This document shows, piece by piece, positions 27,029 through 40,000 of a stretch of 64,000 nt of DNA. The stretch's first letter is position 1. Each line of letters begins with the position of its first letter. Origin of the DNA: Marsupella aquatica (lineage: Eukaryota > Plantae > Marchantiophyta); NCBI GenBank assembly GCA_973895155.1, contig OZ316897.1:10439832-10503831 (forward strand), written 5' to 3'. Below the pieces are notes generated by a model. That model was given only the letters and a program-made list of their open reading frames with translations, was not told the origin of the DNA and ran no database searches. The position numbers and the translations under genes were made by a program.

Positions 27029-29120
27029 AATGAACAACCTGCGCCTTACCGGGAGACAGGATGGCGAAGGCCGAAAACCCAATAAAGGGAGGAAGTGTGT
27101 CTGTTTCCCCGCTGTATCCAACCCCTCTGAGGCTGATCACGGTATTTGGGAAAGCAACAGTGCCGAACCAGATTTGGATGTTTGGGCATCATCAGCACAG
27201 TTCACTCAAAGGGTAGTTGCTCTGATCTGTTGAGCTGCTGACTCTACATACGAAGTTGCTTCTGCTTGCGGAACCCAAAAGGAGAAAAAGCAGTAATGCA
27301 TTCACTGTTTCCAGATGTGCAATTTGGGAAAGGGTGTAAGAGTGTCAGATATACCATCTGCTGGCACCTGCAAATTTTGGAAAACAACCTCATGAGTCAT
27401 GAACCTGCAAGGCTAGTAGAGGTCGTCACTCGTCAGTGCTCATCTGTAGGGATTAGATTGAAGCCATTGGTCCAGGCGAGGGCCTGCACTGCACATGACA
27501 TGTGCATTGAGTGCTCAGCTGTCATAAGTTTGCAGCACGCACAGAAGGAAACTGACACATGAACGGTAGAACCCTGGCATGGTGAAACTACGTTGGACTC
27601 CAAGGAATATTTCAATGTTTTAGTCAAGTACTGCCAATCGGAGGCTTCATTCTAAATTCCTGTGCTACTCCTGAATTAGTTATGGTCCTTGACTAACTCG
27701 AGCTGCAATGATAGTGACCAACGTTTGTCCATATCGGGAAATTCAGGACACTTTCAAATTCTTATACGAGTAGATATAGTGCAAGAAGGTTCCGAGGAAA
27801 AACCCTAAACTTACTGTAGGCCCGTTTGTCAAATGGATCAATTCTATTTCTGTACATGCGAGCGATGAATCTCAACCTTGCCAAAGCGAAATAGATGGAG
27901 GCAGATGTCGCGTGAGAAGCCTTGGGAAACAAACCGGTGTGATGCAAGAACTAGAACTAGTCCTTCAGGGAGGTATCGCTTCTCCTTTTCGAGAGGATTA
28001 CTTCAGAGACAAAAGCGACCGGAAATGGATCTATTAGGTTTCTCTAGTAGCGATCGCGATCTCTATATTTTCATCCAAATTTTAGGGCAAATTTTGTTTA
28101 ACCTCTCCACAAACACAGAATTGACGATGCAAGAAGTTCGAGAAAGAATTCAGGAGCACTATGTCAAGCAGAACTCATACGCAGACATTTTCAATGCGAA
28201 AAATGCAGGTACCTGACAAAAGCACCTCACCACCTAAGAAAAATGAATTCCTCCCAAGACTCTTAGAAGCAGTAAAGAATGCGGAAAAACAATCTGAACT
28301 TCGTGAACTCAGTGAAAAAGGAGAATGATGGAAGTTTACAAAAGGTACCGCACGCACCTCGCATGAATCCATTAAAACTTCAATGGCGTCAGTGTCAGAA
28401 CAGACCACTTGGGCCCGGCTGTAAACTTTCGGTTGAGAAAATAACGGGTTAGAATCAAAGTGAAAGCTTGGAAGGCCTGAGTTGTGGGATGCGATCATCA
28501 GAAACAAGATTGGCAGATTAAAGTAGCGATTCATCTCTGCTTTTGCAGGACAAGCTCGTTCCACCCGATAAAAGCAATGCACGGAAGACGCCGTTAATAC
28601 AGTCACACAAGCAGGACGACGAAACAATATCTCCAGCATCTCAAAGCGAATTGGGCAAAACCTTAATTATGTCAACTCTAGCACGAAGGGTCGACACTTC
28701 GCACTACAGGTATCAAACCATTTCCTGACTGGACCGCCGGCGATTAGAATTCACAGGGAGTTACAGAAATGAGCTTACGAGGGTCAGGGCATCAATGCCG
28801 TCGTTTGTGTATTCACACAGCAGCGTGCTCGTACACTCCGGTAATGGTGGATCTCTTGTTTTCGGCAGCAATGGGCATTGCAAGAATGATAGCACGAGGA
28901 CGTACATCTAATTTCATGTCGTGGCAATACAAGCTGCACTAAGCAGAGAGAGTGCATTTCCAGGGAAACACTTTCTCTGAGCTTCATTTCTCCTGAAAGT
29001 CGGGCACTGTGAAGGACAACGATATGTCGTGTTGACATCGCTTGTGTTACATCCATTTCTTCAAAGAAAGGTCCTCCTTCCCTCTTCAGGAATTTGCCAA
29101 CTTGACTGGCTTTGATCAAT
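24950..29120 (-). mobile_element. Heavily decayed non-LTR retrotransposon (LINE ORF2 relic)
   Basis: Minus-strand fragments appear in the expected order. Endonuclease-like: ITITGVY (~28850), INGVF (~28595). RT-like: YLTKTLKYSLESN (~27610), LTSQMNLGESCTNIPFL (degenerate GVxQGCPLSPxLF, ~26790), IRLFCF (YADD region), DLTINS*K. C-terminal: YRCSAR (~25230). Many stops and frameshifts. Confidence 0.45.
26988..27025. repeat. (TA)n microsatellite
   Basis: Read directly. A second (TA)n lies at 42235-42261 in an MSH5 intron. Confidence 0.95.
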
Positions 29121-30496
29121 TTCTGTTTGCCAGCCTACGTCCCCTGATATGCTGTGACTCTTAGCATACAAAGCAGAATTTGGCAATCAGCAACAGTATA
29201 CCATACCTTAGGGAAGATCTCTGGACGTTTACCTAGAGGGCTTCCACAATGAAGTTCACAACAATGAAGGAAGGGGGCCCAAAACTGTTCAATCTAACAA
29301 TGCACTAAAACAAAGCTACGTTGACGCCCCGGGAATATGGAACAAGCTTAGCCTAAGTGATATTGCCTGAAAACCGGTGGGTGGTTTCTAAATTCCGTGC
29401 TGTAACGACAAAGAACTCATGGTGAGACAGCTCCTCTGCCTTGTGCAGACCAAGTCATCCATTGCAAGAACTACGACGATGAATTGGTTTTAGCGCCCCA
29501 TGACTTCCCAATTTGCACGAGGGGCGGAACAAGCACTGAAATACAGATTTAAGAAAGTTAACCGACATAATCTCCAGGAACCAGCTAGTTCTCTATTATA
29601 GAATAGCGAATTTATTTTCAAGTCCACAGAATTTCAAGTGCAAGTTCCAGAGAATACATGGTTGCAAATTATAGAAATAGGAAATAAACATAGTCTCATC
29701 TCAAGGACAAACCAATGTTGCGTGGATTGCAACGGAGAATGAAAAGATTAAGAATAATGACGAAGGAAAGCAGACAAAAACAACAAAAACAGGGAACAGA
29801 TAGCGGGGACGAGCTCTCTCGGGGGAACGTTGGAGTCCACAAGTTATCGATCTGCATAGCATTCAAAAGCGAGTTAGTCTCTTTGTTGAAAACGAATGCG
29901 CTTGAAAATTGAAACTAATGAGGTGTGTACCCCCCGTTTTAAAGTTAAGCTAGGGAATTCCACAAACTGCAGTGCTATCATCTCCCACCTACACAGGATG
30001 CTGTCCGAATACTTATCGCGACTTGAAACGAGGAAGCAGCATAACCCGTATCATCAATACTTTGGAACAACACCACGACCGTCATACAACGATGGGGAAT
30101 AGCCCATAAACAAGCCGAGTTACGAAAGACGTTGAGACTACGTAGCTGAGGAGTTCCAAATGCTAACTCACTGGAAATTGAGGAGCAAGTTCAGTTATGT
30201 ATTTCGACGCTAGCGAGTAAAGATGTGCTGAGTGCAGTAATAGCTGCCCAAAAAACTGTCGATTCGTCTTGACATTGCCGTGACAGAGCGGAGTGGCCAT
30301 CACAGAGGAGGTCCCAGTCCCGATCCGACACAGCTTCAAGTCTTGGGTTGAATTTCTAAGAACTTCCAGTACTCAGTCTAAGGAGTTCAATGAGGAAAGT
30401 GAGCTCTAGTGAACGCAAAATTTACACAGAACTGCAAATGTGAGAAATATTCTGAGAGGATACACATACTACAGTATTATGGGTTCGACGAACTAA

Positions 30497-30797
30497 TTCA
30501 AAATTTGTCGGGAAAATTGAGCTCGTACTCGAAGTTTCAGTGGAATTGGTCTACGCCGACCGCGTTAGCTTCGATACTTATCAGAGGCCCGCCGGGAAAA
30601 GATAACCGCACAGTGCTGCTAGAGCGATCATTGAGGTTATACCTGTATTCTCTCTGGAACTACTCAAGAGAAATCATTGATGAAATTGATCGCTGACCGC
30701 GTAAAATGAAATACACAAGAGAGGCAGGCGGGAAAGATAAACAAACCACAGTACGTGCTAATATGTGGAGGACACAGATTCAAAAATTTGCCGGGAA
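30497..30797. promoter_or_regulatory. Cluster of E2F-like sites, two of them paired with CHR (TTTGAA) elements
   Basis: GGCGGGAAA at 30727-30735 (reverse complement of the E2F consensus TTTCCCGCC) and GCCGGGAAAA at 30591-30600. Minus-strand TTTTCCCGAC-AAAT-TTTGAA at 30497-30516 and TTCCCGGC-AAATT-TTTGAA at 30779-30797. Confidence 0.5.
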
Positions 30798-31399
30798 CCT
30801 TCAATATTTGATTACGATGTCATAGATTACTTTTTGGTGAGGTGGGTGGCGATCGCTCAAAGCGAATTCACTACTGTACTTAGTTAACGTTCAAGAAAAT
30901 TAAGGAAAATCAATTCAGAAAATCTGATGTACAGTACAGTAGCTCATTTAACTGTACTACCGTAGTGAGTGAGAGGGTGCCTGAAGGATAATTTCTGGTA
31001 CCAATTTCACCCTTACTCACATACTCTCGTAAAAAGTGAAGCATAGTGTAGACGAATATAGTGAATATTTAACTTCTCCCAAATCAATCTAAGCCGTCAA
31101 TCTTGATCATCAACGGCTCCTGATTATCAAAAACAATCGGAAAATCAGAACATCTTTGGTTCTACTCGCAGTAAATTGGCTGAGTCAGTGAATGACTTCT
31201 CGCACTAGGGGCTCACTGAAGAAAGTATCCTCAATTTCCGCTCGAGAAAAAAAGAAATTAAGTATCCTCCAAAGCGAAGAAAGGAAAAAGGAAAGAAGAA
31301 AAGGGATTTAATCAATTTGAACTGTTCGAGCTGGCCTTCGATGTCTAGGATTAACAGTCTGGAGAACTTACATTATTATTTCACCTGACCTTTGGAAGA

Positions 31400-31535
31400 G
31401 TCACCAATGGTGCGGTGGGAACTCCCTCGCTTTGAATGCGGTCTGAACATTTGAAATTCAAAAGTCCGTTCCAGCTGCTTGTACGCTGCATTCGCTCATC
31501 TCAAATCTCCCGAAGGCCGCCTCGCTTAACGGAAT
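31400..31535 (+). promoter_or_regulatory. G2/M-type proximal promoter motifs (CCAAT, CHR, MSA)
   Basis: CCAAT at ~31404, TTTGAA at 31431, palindromic TTTGAAATTCAAA at 31450-31462, and MSA cores CCGTT (31466-31470) and AACGG (31528-31532). All lie upstream of a cell-cycle gene. Confidence 0.55.
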
Positions 31536-31967
31536 CCCGCAAGACGTGGATCCAAATTAGGAGGGAGGGATCAGTACCGTAGCGCGGGCGCCCCAGTAGA
31601 AAGCATAACAAAATGGACTTCTAGACACATTTTATGAATGCAGGATTTTGGGCAATGGGCGAGGTACATCGACGAAGAGAGTTTGCACTCTGTTGTGCTC
31701 TGTGGACGCAAGAGGAGACGATCGAGGGAGTGGCGCGAGACTAGCACTTCCGAGCTGGTTCGACAGACGGGAAGCGACGACACAATTTGAGAAGGAGGAG
31801 GAGATTCTTTCAGCAAGACGAACGTCAGAGGAGAACATCAAGTAAGAAGCCAGCGACTTCAGGTATTGGATCGACAGTCAGGTAAAGAGGCAGACAGAGT
31901 TGGAGAACATTTGATTGCTAGTATCCACCTGGGATTTCGTTGCTCGCGCATTGGAGCGGAGATCATA

Positions 31968-33320
31968 ATGCCCCACTCAGGCAATATGACCATTGTAAAT
32001 TCAGAGCAAAAAGTGAAAGAAGAGGACCCTGGTGCTTCGATTTCTACACTCGGTGAAGAGTCTGCATTGGGAGGCATCTGTAACGTGGAAACCAAGGCCT
32101 TGCAAACACCCATCAGTTGTACAGCGGCAGCCCAATTTTCCATCAGTGAAGAGAAGATGACAATCTTGCAAGCATCCATCAGTTGTACAGCGGCAGCCCA
32201 ATTTTCCGTCAGTGAAGAGAACATGACGCCCTTTCAAGCATCCGTCAGCTCTACAGTGGCAGCCCAATTTCCCGTCAGTGAACTCATCAGTTCTACAGCG
32301 CCAGCCCAACGTCCCGTTCGGGAAGAGGAGATGGCGACCTTGCCAGCATCATTTCCCATCTGGGAAGATAAGGAGAAGACCTCGGATCAATTCGTATCCC
32401 TGTGGTCCGAGGCAATTCAGCGGCTAGGAAACATCTGCAGCATGGAATTCAATGCCCCATCAGCACCAATGTGTCCTACGGAGTTGACGCAATTAACTGG
32501 TAGGGAAGAGAGAAGGCGGACTTCAGAGCAAGCTGTGACCCTGTCGGAGGTCGTTGAGACCTGCATTGGGGGATTGGAGAATTTGTGCCTGATAGAAAAT
32601 GGGCAAGGCGAGAAAACTTGGCGCAGCCCATTACCATCCTGGTATCCTCGTCGACCGCTGCAGGACATCACAGCAGTTCTCAACATTGGCCCCGTGAGTA
32701 TCTAATATCCTGTCCTATGCTGATGGCGTTTCCTAGGACGCTTCCCTCATCTCTAATTCAAGCTATGTTATATTCTTGCGAGATCGAGATCACGTAGAAC
32801 TCCCTGCTGCTCTGCTGCTGCTTTGCTCTCTACTACGTTGTAGAATTCTGTAGACACATACGTACGAACCAGGCCGGACCCAATATCATAGAGCAAAGAT
32901 CTCTTTGAATCCTAATTGATGCTTGGTTCTTCTGCATTTGGTCAATGTTCCTTCGATTACGTCCAGCAGGCTTTGCCAACAAGTCAAATTCCCTGATGGG
33001 AAAGCTTTATGTGGATGGAACGGAAATTGATATCAAATGTCGATGTAAATAGCTTCTGCATGCATGAATTGAGGGTCCATAGGGAGTTTTCATCTTGAAT
33101 ACAGTCTTAACCCTTTGTCTAACAGGTGCCATCTGAAGAAGCTTCGAATTTAAAGAAAGGAAGCAAGAAAGCGCAAAGTGTACAACTACTTGGACACCTT
33201 CACGACAACAGAGGACGAGCGTTTGGCCAACAGAGAGCGCCGCGAGCCCCTTGCAAGCCCACTTCCCCGGTGTCCGCTGCACCCAAGCGAAGTTCACTGC
33301 TGAGGAAGGGCTTCAGATGA
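31968..33320 (+). CDS. UVI4/OSD1 (POLYCHOME/GIG1)-like APC/C inhibitor, 2 coding exons, ~306 aa
   Basis: Exon 1 is 31968-32693 (donor GTGAGT) and contains the family signature SPLPSWYPRRPLQDITAV (D-box). Exon 2 is 33126-33320 (AACAG|) and ends ...SSLLRKGFR*, resembling an MR/IR-type tail. The junction is phase 0. Confidence 0.8.
32111..32330 (+). repeat. 66-bp in-frame coding tandem repeat (22 aa, ISCTAAAQFSISEEKMTILQAS), ~3.5 copies
   Basis: Units start at 32111, 32177 and 32243, with a truncated unit at ~32285. Confidence 0.95.
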
Positions 33321-34047
33321 TGCACCTGGACGACAAACGACAATACGTAGGAGTGCTTTATATCGGGCCAATGTTTAATGCGGACAGACCTCCTGTCCCT
33401 CACAGGTAACCTTCAGGTGGAAGGGGATGACGGTGTATATGGAGTAGGCGAGCCCAGCGTTCTCCGTCACCTCTGTCCTGGTCATGATGGGAGGAATCTG
33501 TCCAGCCGTCCCCTTGTTGGTGCTCCCCTCTCGAGAATGCAATCATTCTTAGATTTCCGATGAGAAATGCTGTCAACATTGGCACGTTTTCGAGCGTCCT
33601 TAATTCCAGAGATTTCTAGTTTAGCTCTTGGAAAAGAACCATTTCCCTTGGTCACTGACACAGTTGAGAGTAGTTGTTCTACGGCCAGAAGCAAATGTAC
33701 ATCTAATTTACTATCGAATCCTCAAACTAGTCTAACACAGTAACTAGGGCTCTTGTACGATAAGCTCAGTGATTCATGAACACCCCAGACAAGATATTTC
33801 AGCACGTAGTATTTCCCTTTGTTTCTGCCTCTTCCATTCTTTCAGCTTGACCCTACAACAGGAGAACATCCAAGCAAGCTTGTCATTTAAATTGATTCAT
33901 TAGGTTTTGTAACAAAGTACTCAAGCAATTCAATGTTCTGTCCGTCCCTTACCTCTATTTCGGGGGAATCGTTTGACTTTCACATCTCTCAGTATTTGTT
34001 CTACCAAGGTACTATCTTCATGAATACAACTGTTTTCTAAGGAGCAG

Positions 34048-37000
34048 TCATCGTTTTGTAACATTTGCTAAGTTGATTCCGTTTACTAGACAATTTCGTT
34101 TTGTATCCCTGTTGATGCAGCTGACCAATTTGCAGAAGGGAGTTTTTGAAGATACCTTTGGATAGCCCTCTTGATTGCCGTCTGTTTCATTGTCCTCCAT
34201 CATTGTTTGAATATCTCTAAAAAATGCCTCAACATCTCCGTCTTCACAGTCGAAGACCAATAGCTTTTCAACAAGATTCTGCAGAGATGCAGAAATGTTT
34301 TCTTAAAAGTCTTACCTTCCAAACAGTTCACCATTTTTTAAAACTTTCATCCTGTTGCTAATTGTTCATACCGATAGAACTTCCATACAGCAATTGCAGT
34401 CCATACAGTAAGCCAATCTCAAAGCCTTCTCACATCTACCATCTTATCCTTCGCAACTCTTCTTCGAGTTGCATGGTACTGTATCTCCTGCCCAGCTCGA
34501 ACCAGCTCCAAAACTTCTTTAGAGCGTTCAATAATCTCAGGGGAAAGACCTAGACGTCAGCCCACTCATCAATAGTTAATATTTACGAGATTGTAAAACC
34601 CATCTGACAAGGAATGCTGCTATAGAGTTGGAAGATTTACTGACCAGCAAGCTCCGCACAGTGTATACCTGTTGTGACAAAAGGTCAGTTGACAGTCAGT
34701 CTAAGGGCTCTCATGTTATGGCCTTGACGATAGGAATAGTAAATGCTAAAAACATTCGTGTCACCACTTAGCCTAGATCTTCACTTCACGAGATGGATGC
34801 CAGTCTCAAATCTCTAGCAAATTTGGGATGTCATAATTGGAGTAACAACAGGTTAGCTTAAGAAATAAGACTCACCATAGCTTGGTGCTGCAGATCCTGG
34901 TATGAGTCTGTACACAAGTTTAGTACAACAGTAATCAGAACAAGAGATGTAGTTTCTCACATTCGAGTCCATTTTAGACTTACCTAACGGTGACGCATAG
35001 CCTTGAGGTAATCTATGCGTCGTCTTCAGCTGTCCGTCTTGGAGGTGGCCTTTGCCAGAAGTCTTGTGTCATTTCGTTCTAGGGGAAAGGCAGGTAACGG
35101 ACGAGAATCTGTTCTGATGAGCCCAACAACAGCACAACACCTCTACTCAACATGAAAGGATGATTTGGACCAAGAGCTTCTAGGGCAAGTGGAACATAGG
35201 TATCGACCCATGTAAGAAGAATCGTAGGACGTAACAACATCCTTCTCCTGAGTTGTAGGTCTATACTGATGCAATATTCCGTGCAGTGTACTCATATTTC
35301 AAGGTCAGGACAAAGGGACTGCGTACGATACATTACATACCTGTATAGGAAAACAATCTCGTCAAGAGGATTGGCCTCGTTTCTCTTACTATCTATGATA
35401 CTCATGGTCTGGAAAATAACCTGAGGTGACTGTTAACACAAGATTCATTACTGTCATTACTCACTGCATCACTGAATTAAACTCCGCAGACAGAAAGACA
35501 AGATCGAACTATCATTTCGAACACAGGCCAACAGCATGACAAGTATCTATGGAGTTTTAAAATGTGTCAGGATAATCTTCTTTAAGTTTGATGCACAACT
35601 ATTCGATAAGTCGGTATTCATAGAAATTCATCTATCTCTATTGGCCTACCTTAGGCAGGAGGTCTTCATCGGTGACCTCAGAGAAATGAGTGATTGCAAA
35701 AACCTGAGGAGCCACATTGCACCTGAGTCAGGTTTAGGTGAGAGTCTTGGAATATATACGAGGGCTTGACTGTCATTCAAAAAGTCTCAAAGCGACTGGC
35801 TATTTCTAGTGTTTCTATCTGCAGGATGATCTAGATGCCTTGCCGGAGTTGTTTTCTTAAGTTGGCTTTTACTCAATTGTTGGGCAACTTCGACCAACAT
35901 TCCCGGAGGCCAAGTAACTTACCTTAGGTGGGGCTTCACGAGTTGCAAACTCGTTCAAAGTAGCGCACAAAAGACCTATGCCATCTGACAATGCGAGAGA
36001 TGACTTACAATGAAAACACAACACGAGCTGGAAATGAAAACATGATCAATCAGTAGAGTATTCTGCTATCCGATACCCATGAAGTCACTCAAAAGTCAGG
36101 GCTGGCTTCAAAGATCGAATCACTGACCTTCAGCCAACGTGCCCTTGCCAAACTCGTCAATGATACACAAGGATCTCGGAGTTGAGTGCCTGTACAACGC
36201 GAGTTAAAGTGCCGCTGAATGAGAACCCCAGGTTCTTTTTGTCGAAGGTCGCAGATCATCCGGGTCCATAGTAGCCTCCCACATTCTCATATATAGGCTA
36301 CAAATGAGATGTGAAGAAACTTCAAGCACCACATTCAAGATCTAACTGAGACCTAGCCTGAAAACATCATTAGGTGCGCGCTTCATTCAACTTTAAACTT
36401 GAAGTGCGGGATGCACACCTGAGCATAGCAGCAATCTGGTTCAGATCTATCATAAATGTGGACTGCGCCACTGATATGGTCTCATTGCTAACAATTCTTG
36501 TAAAAATTCTGCACAAGCGTTTGAGAAGCTTATTGTGAAGCTCAGTAGTTTTCGATCAGTCCCATGTGGGAGCTGCCATCCCCAAAATTAAGCGACACTC
36601 ATAAATTGGAGGCGGGACATGTACCTATCGGTCAAACCAACAATGGCCTGATCAGCTGGTACGAAGCTCCCGATGTGCGCAAGGAATACAATCAGTGCGA
36701 CCTACGTACCCACCGGGAACATATATTGAGTTGAAGTCATATCTAGCAAAGGCTGTTGGTTGCCTCATGATTATTCGAACGGAATTGGAACCTTGTGGTG
36801 GTGACCGAACGTACGTGGAAGTTTGAACAAAAGACTGAGAGCAACTAAAGAAGATTAATTAGATTCAAATTGCTTTGTGCTGCAGACATTATTCGGCTCT
36901 AATTGATTGATGCGGATTGATTAGGTCACGACAATAGTATGTCATTTCCAATTGTCTTCAGATTTGTACACGACCTGCTTTGCATAGATGCTCTTCCCGG

Positions 37001-40000
37001 AGTAGTTTGGGCCCGTCACAATGCAGATTCTCCCTGGAACATTTTCATTCCGATAAATAATTGTTCAATTAGTAGAGACGGTTAAAGTATGTCGCCGCGG
37101 GCTAAACGGTGTCGAAATATCTTATACGTGAACTGTTTCACGTGTCCGGAAAGTGCTGGTATGTCAGTTCAAACTTTCCCGGTACAGCAGCTCGATCTAG
37201 CTGCTGGTTTGAAAGAGAAATCACTCGTGAAGGTTTGCCAATCGCACTGCCCAAAACAACTACTAGAGTTATGTTTCCCAGCCCTACTCAAAATCACTTC
37301 TGGGATCCGTAAATAAAATGGACGCTCAACTTATTTAAGCCGGTGATCGATAGGAGATGTCTGGCATACGGGAATGTCCTAGAAATGATCAAATTATCAT
37401 CAAGTCCTTGTAATTAAGTGGATCAATATGCAACGAATTTGATTCATGGAACATAAGGAGTGAGTGCAGAACCCGTGGGTGATAGAGAAATTGTTATATA
37501 GAGTTCAAACCTTCGCTGCCAATTTCTGTGTCATTCGGTACGAAACTATCGACAGTCACTTCCTGAAGAATATGCCTGAAAGAGGGGGAATTCGTCATTA
37601 GAAAGAGGAGATGAATGGCCGATTGCAATACTAGCCTGCTACCGTAAACACTTGGGTGCAGCAATTCTACTTTATTGGTTGAAGTCGAAGACAGTGTCAC
37701 GTCACCTCCCATTCTTAATGATTAGAAGATTCTCCTCTGTCAATTCTGGTCTCGCGTAATTATGTTCCCGTGCAGCGATCGCAAGGGCAACAATACTGTG
37801 CAAAACTTGCAAAGGTCAGGAGTAGTTCAGAGATCTAGATCAGCCTGATGCATGTACCTCAAAGCGGATGATTCACATAGGAGATTAATAGTTAGAGGAG
37901 AGGGTGCACTTTTGGCATTTTGCGAATATCTGCTATGTAGTGCCTTTCAAGCAAGGATATCGCAGTATCGTCACTGAGTAATGCCTCCAGATCTGCAGAA
38001 GATTTTACCAGTCAATTTCGGCAGCAATCCTTGAAGCTTCGATCAACGATGTACTGTACTGCTCCACTCTCGTTTCCAGGTTTCGCAATACCGCCCGCTC
38101 CATGTCTGTAAGGACACATAAATTTGCAAATCTTTAAAGTCTCTAATCAATTATCTCTGAAAGTTCTCACGGATTTCTTTAAGTGCAGGATCGTCAAGTC
38201 AGACTCTGGATCATTCTCTCGCATATATATAGTAAACTTAGAATCTAGAATGAACTTATGCTAGCCTACGGCAGCCCAACGCAGCAATGGCATCGATCTT
38301 GCATCTTTCTAAACTTGCTGACGAATAATTAATCTCATGAAGTTGAGGTCTCTGGGGATCCAATCAAGGGAGCACACAACGATCCATATAAAAGTGCAGG
38401 AGGCAGCGAAGAGCAGACACTAAAGCAGACCGTGAGGGAAGCAACACCAAGAAAGGAAACAGAAAGAGCGGAACTGATGTAAAGCACATTGTTTAGGATC
38501 CGCGGTTCCTATTTGCGCAGATAGAGTTGGAGACTTAGGTTTTTATATGCCCACTTTCCAGGTTTCGAACGTAAGTGAGTGGTATTTGTGCCAGTGAGTT
38601 CAACAAGAGTGACTCTGCAGAAGTACCGGTGATTTTGCATGTGAAACTGAGTTAATGATTAATTAGAGCTGTAGTTTTTGGTTTGAACCGTTCAAGGACT
38701 CTTGAGATGGATGTTTTGAATTTCTTTATAGTTCAACATTCTCTGCTTAGCTACTTCATTCTCAAGGAGTGTCAACATCACAGTTTGCACCAAAATGGCG
38801 GTGCTACTTTGACATCTCTAGTAGCACTTGCTTGAACAAAATCGTGATGATGCCACCAGTACCTAATATTTTGTGATATATGTCACCAATGTTTTCATCC
38901 AACTCGTGCGTCTTTGATGTCCGGTAGAATGACTCCAGAGTCTGATTGTCGTCTTCCGAGCTCCCCTGAAACTGCCGGTAATATAGCGAAGTAATGAGAT
39001 CCAAAGGTCTAATAAAATAATGGTCAGATACAATGGCCTCGAGGACTGCTTCAGTAATGTCTGAGGCAAGTTGATGGAATACATCTACAGCGTCAAAGCG
39101 GTAACGCCAATGAATTAACTTACAGCGAATTCAAAATCAGGGAGTCTGCCCATTGTCTCTTCATCAAGTAGCGTCCCCTCGAAGCGCATGAAATAACCTT
39201 CAAAATAAATTTCAGAACAGCACCAACAGTTTCCTCAATTCAGGTAAGACCCTATAATTGTAAAACGATTTCCAGAAGGCTTTTAATTAGCAAAGTAATT
39301 GACATTGCGCGAAGCTTTTCGTAGACCATGACCATCACGTAATTTCTGTCGCACTAGGTGAAGTATATCATTAGTACAATCCTAAGCAATTTCATGATAT
39401 ACTGCTTCTTACAGTTCGAATTGACATTTGCTGGACTCCCCTCCAGCGAACTCGCATGCGCATCTCAGTGACATAATCTATTTAATTGCCTCTAAGCCAT
39501 GTACATCAATGGCAACAAACTTCATTTAATTAATCAGCTGGCAAGACATGAATATTTCCTTAGTAGCAGTCTAAGGAGGATCCCTGACACCTCCAGATCA
39601 CGGGTGGGCTTGGCAAGGTCCCAAAATATTCGAATTTCAGCACAGACAGAGACGACAGAGAATATAAAGAATAAAAGAAAGTTGAAAGGTCATGGCATGG
39701 ATGCCGTGGGTTTGGAAAGGTCCAAAAATATTTGATTTTCAGCAGATAAAGAGACGACTGAGAACACAAAGAATATAAGAAAGTTGGACTTGTACCAACT
39801 TGGGGAATGTAGACAGTGGAGGACACTTTAGATGAGCGCAGTTCTGGTGGCAGCCTATTCTGTTCTGAAGCTGTCACCTGTTCATCACGGGGAAAATCAA
39901 TCAGGTTCAGTAAGAAAACTACTTTGATTTCTTCATTTAGCCCTAGAGATATAGTTTCTAGGAGTCACACAAATGCAGCAACCACATGATCAGCTCATCC

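Noticed and set aside
39615-39790. ~100-bp tandem duplication in an MSH5 intron as a duplicated exon
   Set aside because: The duplicate covers intron sequence only and lacks the splice donor and coding part.
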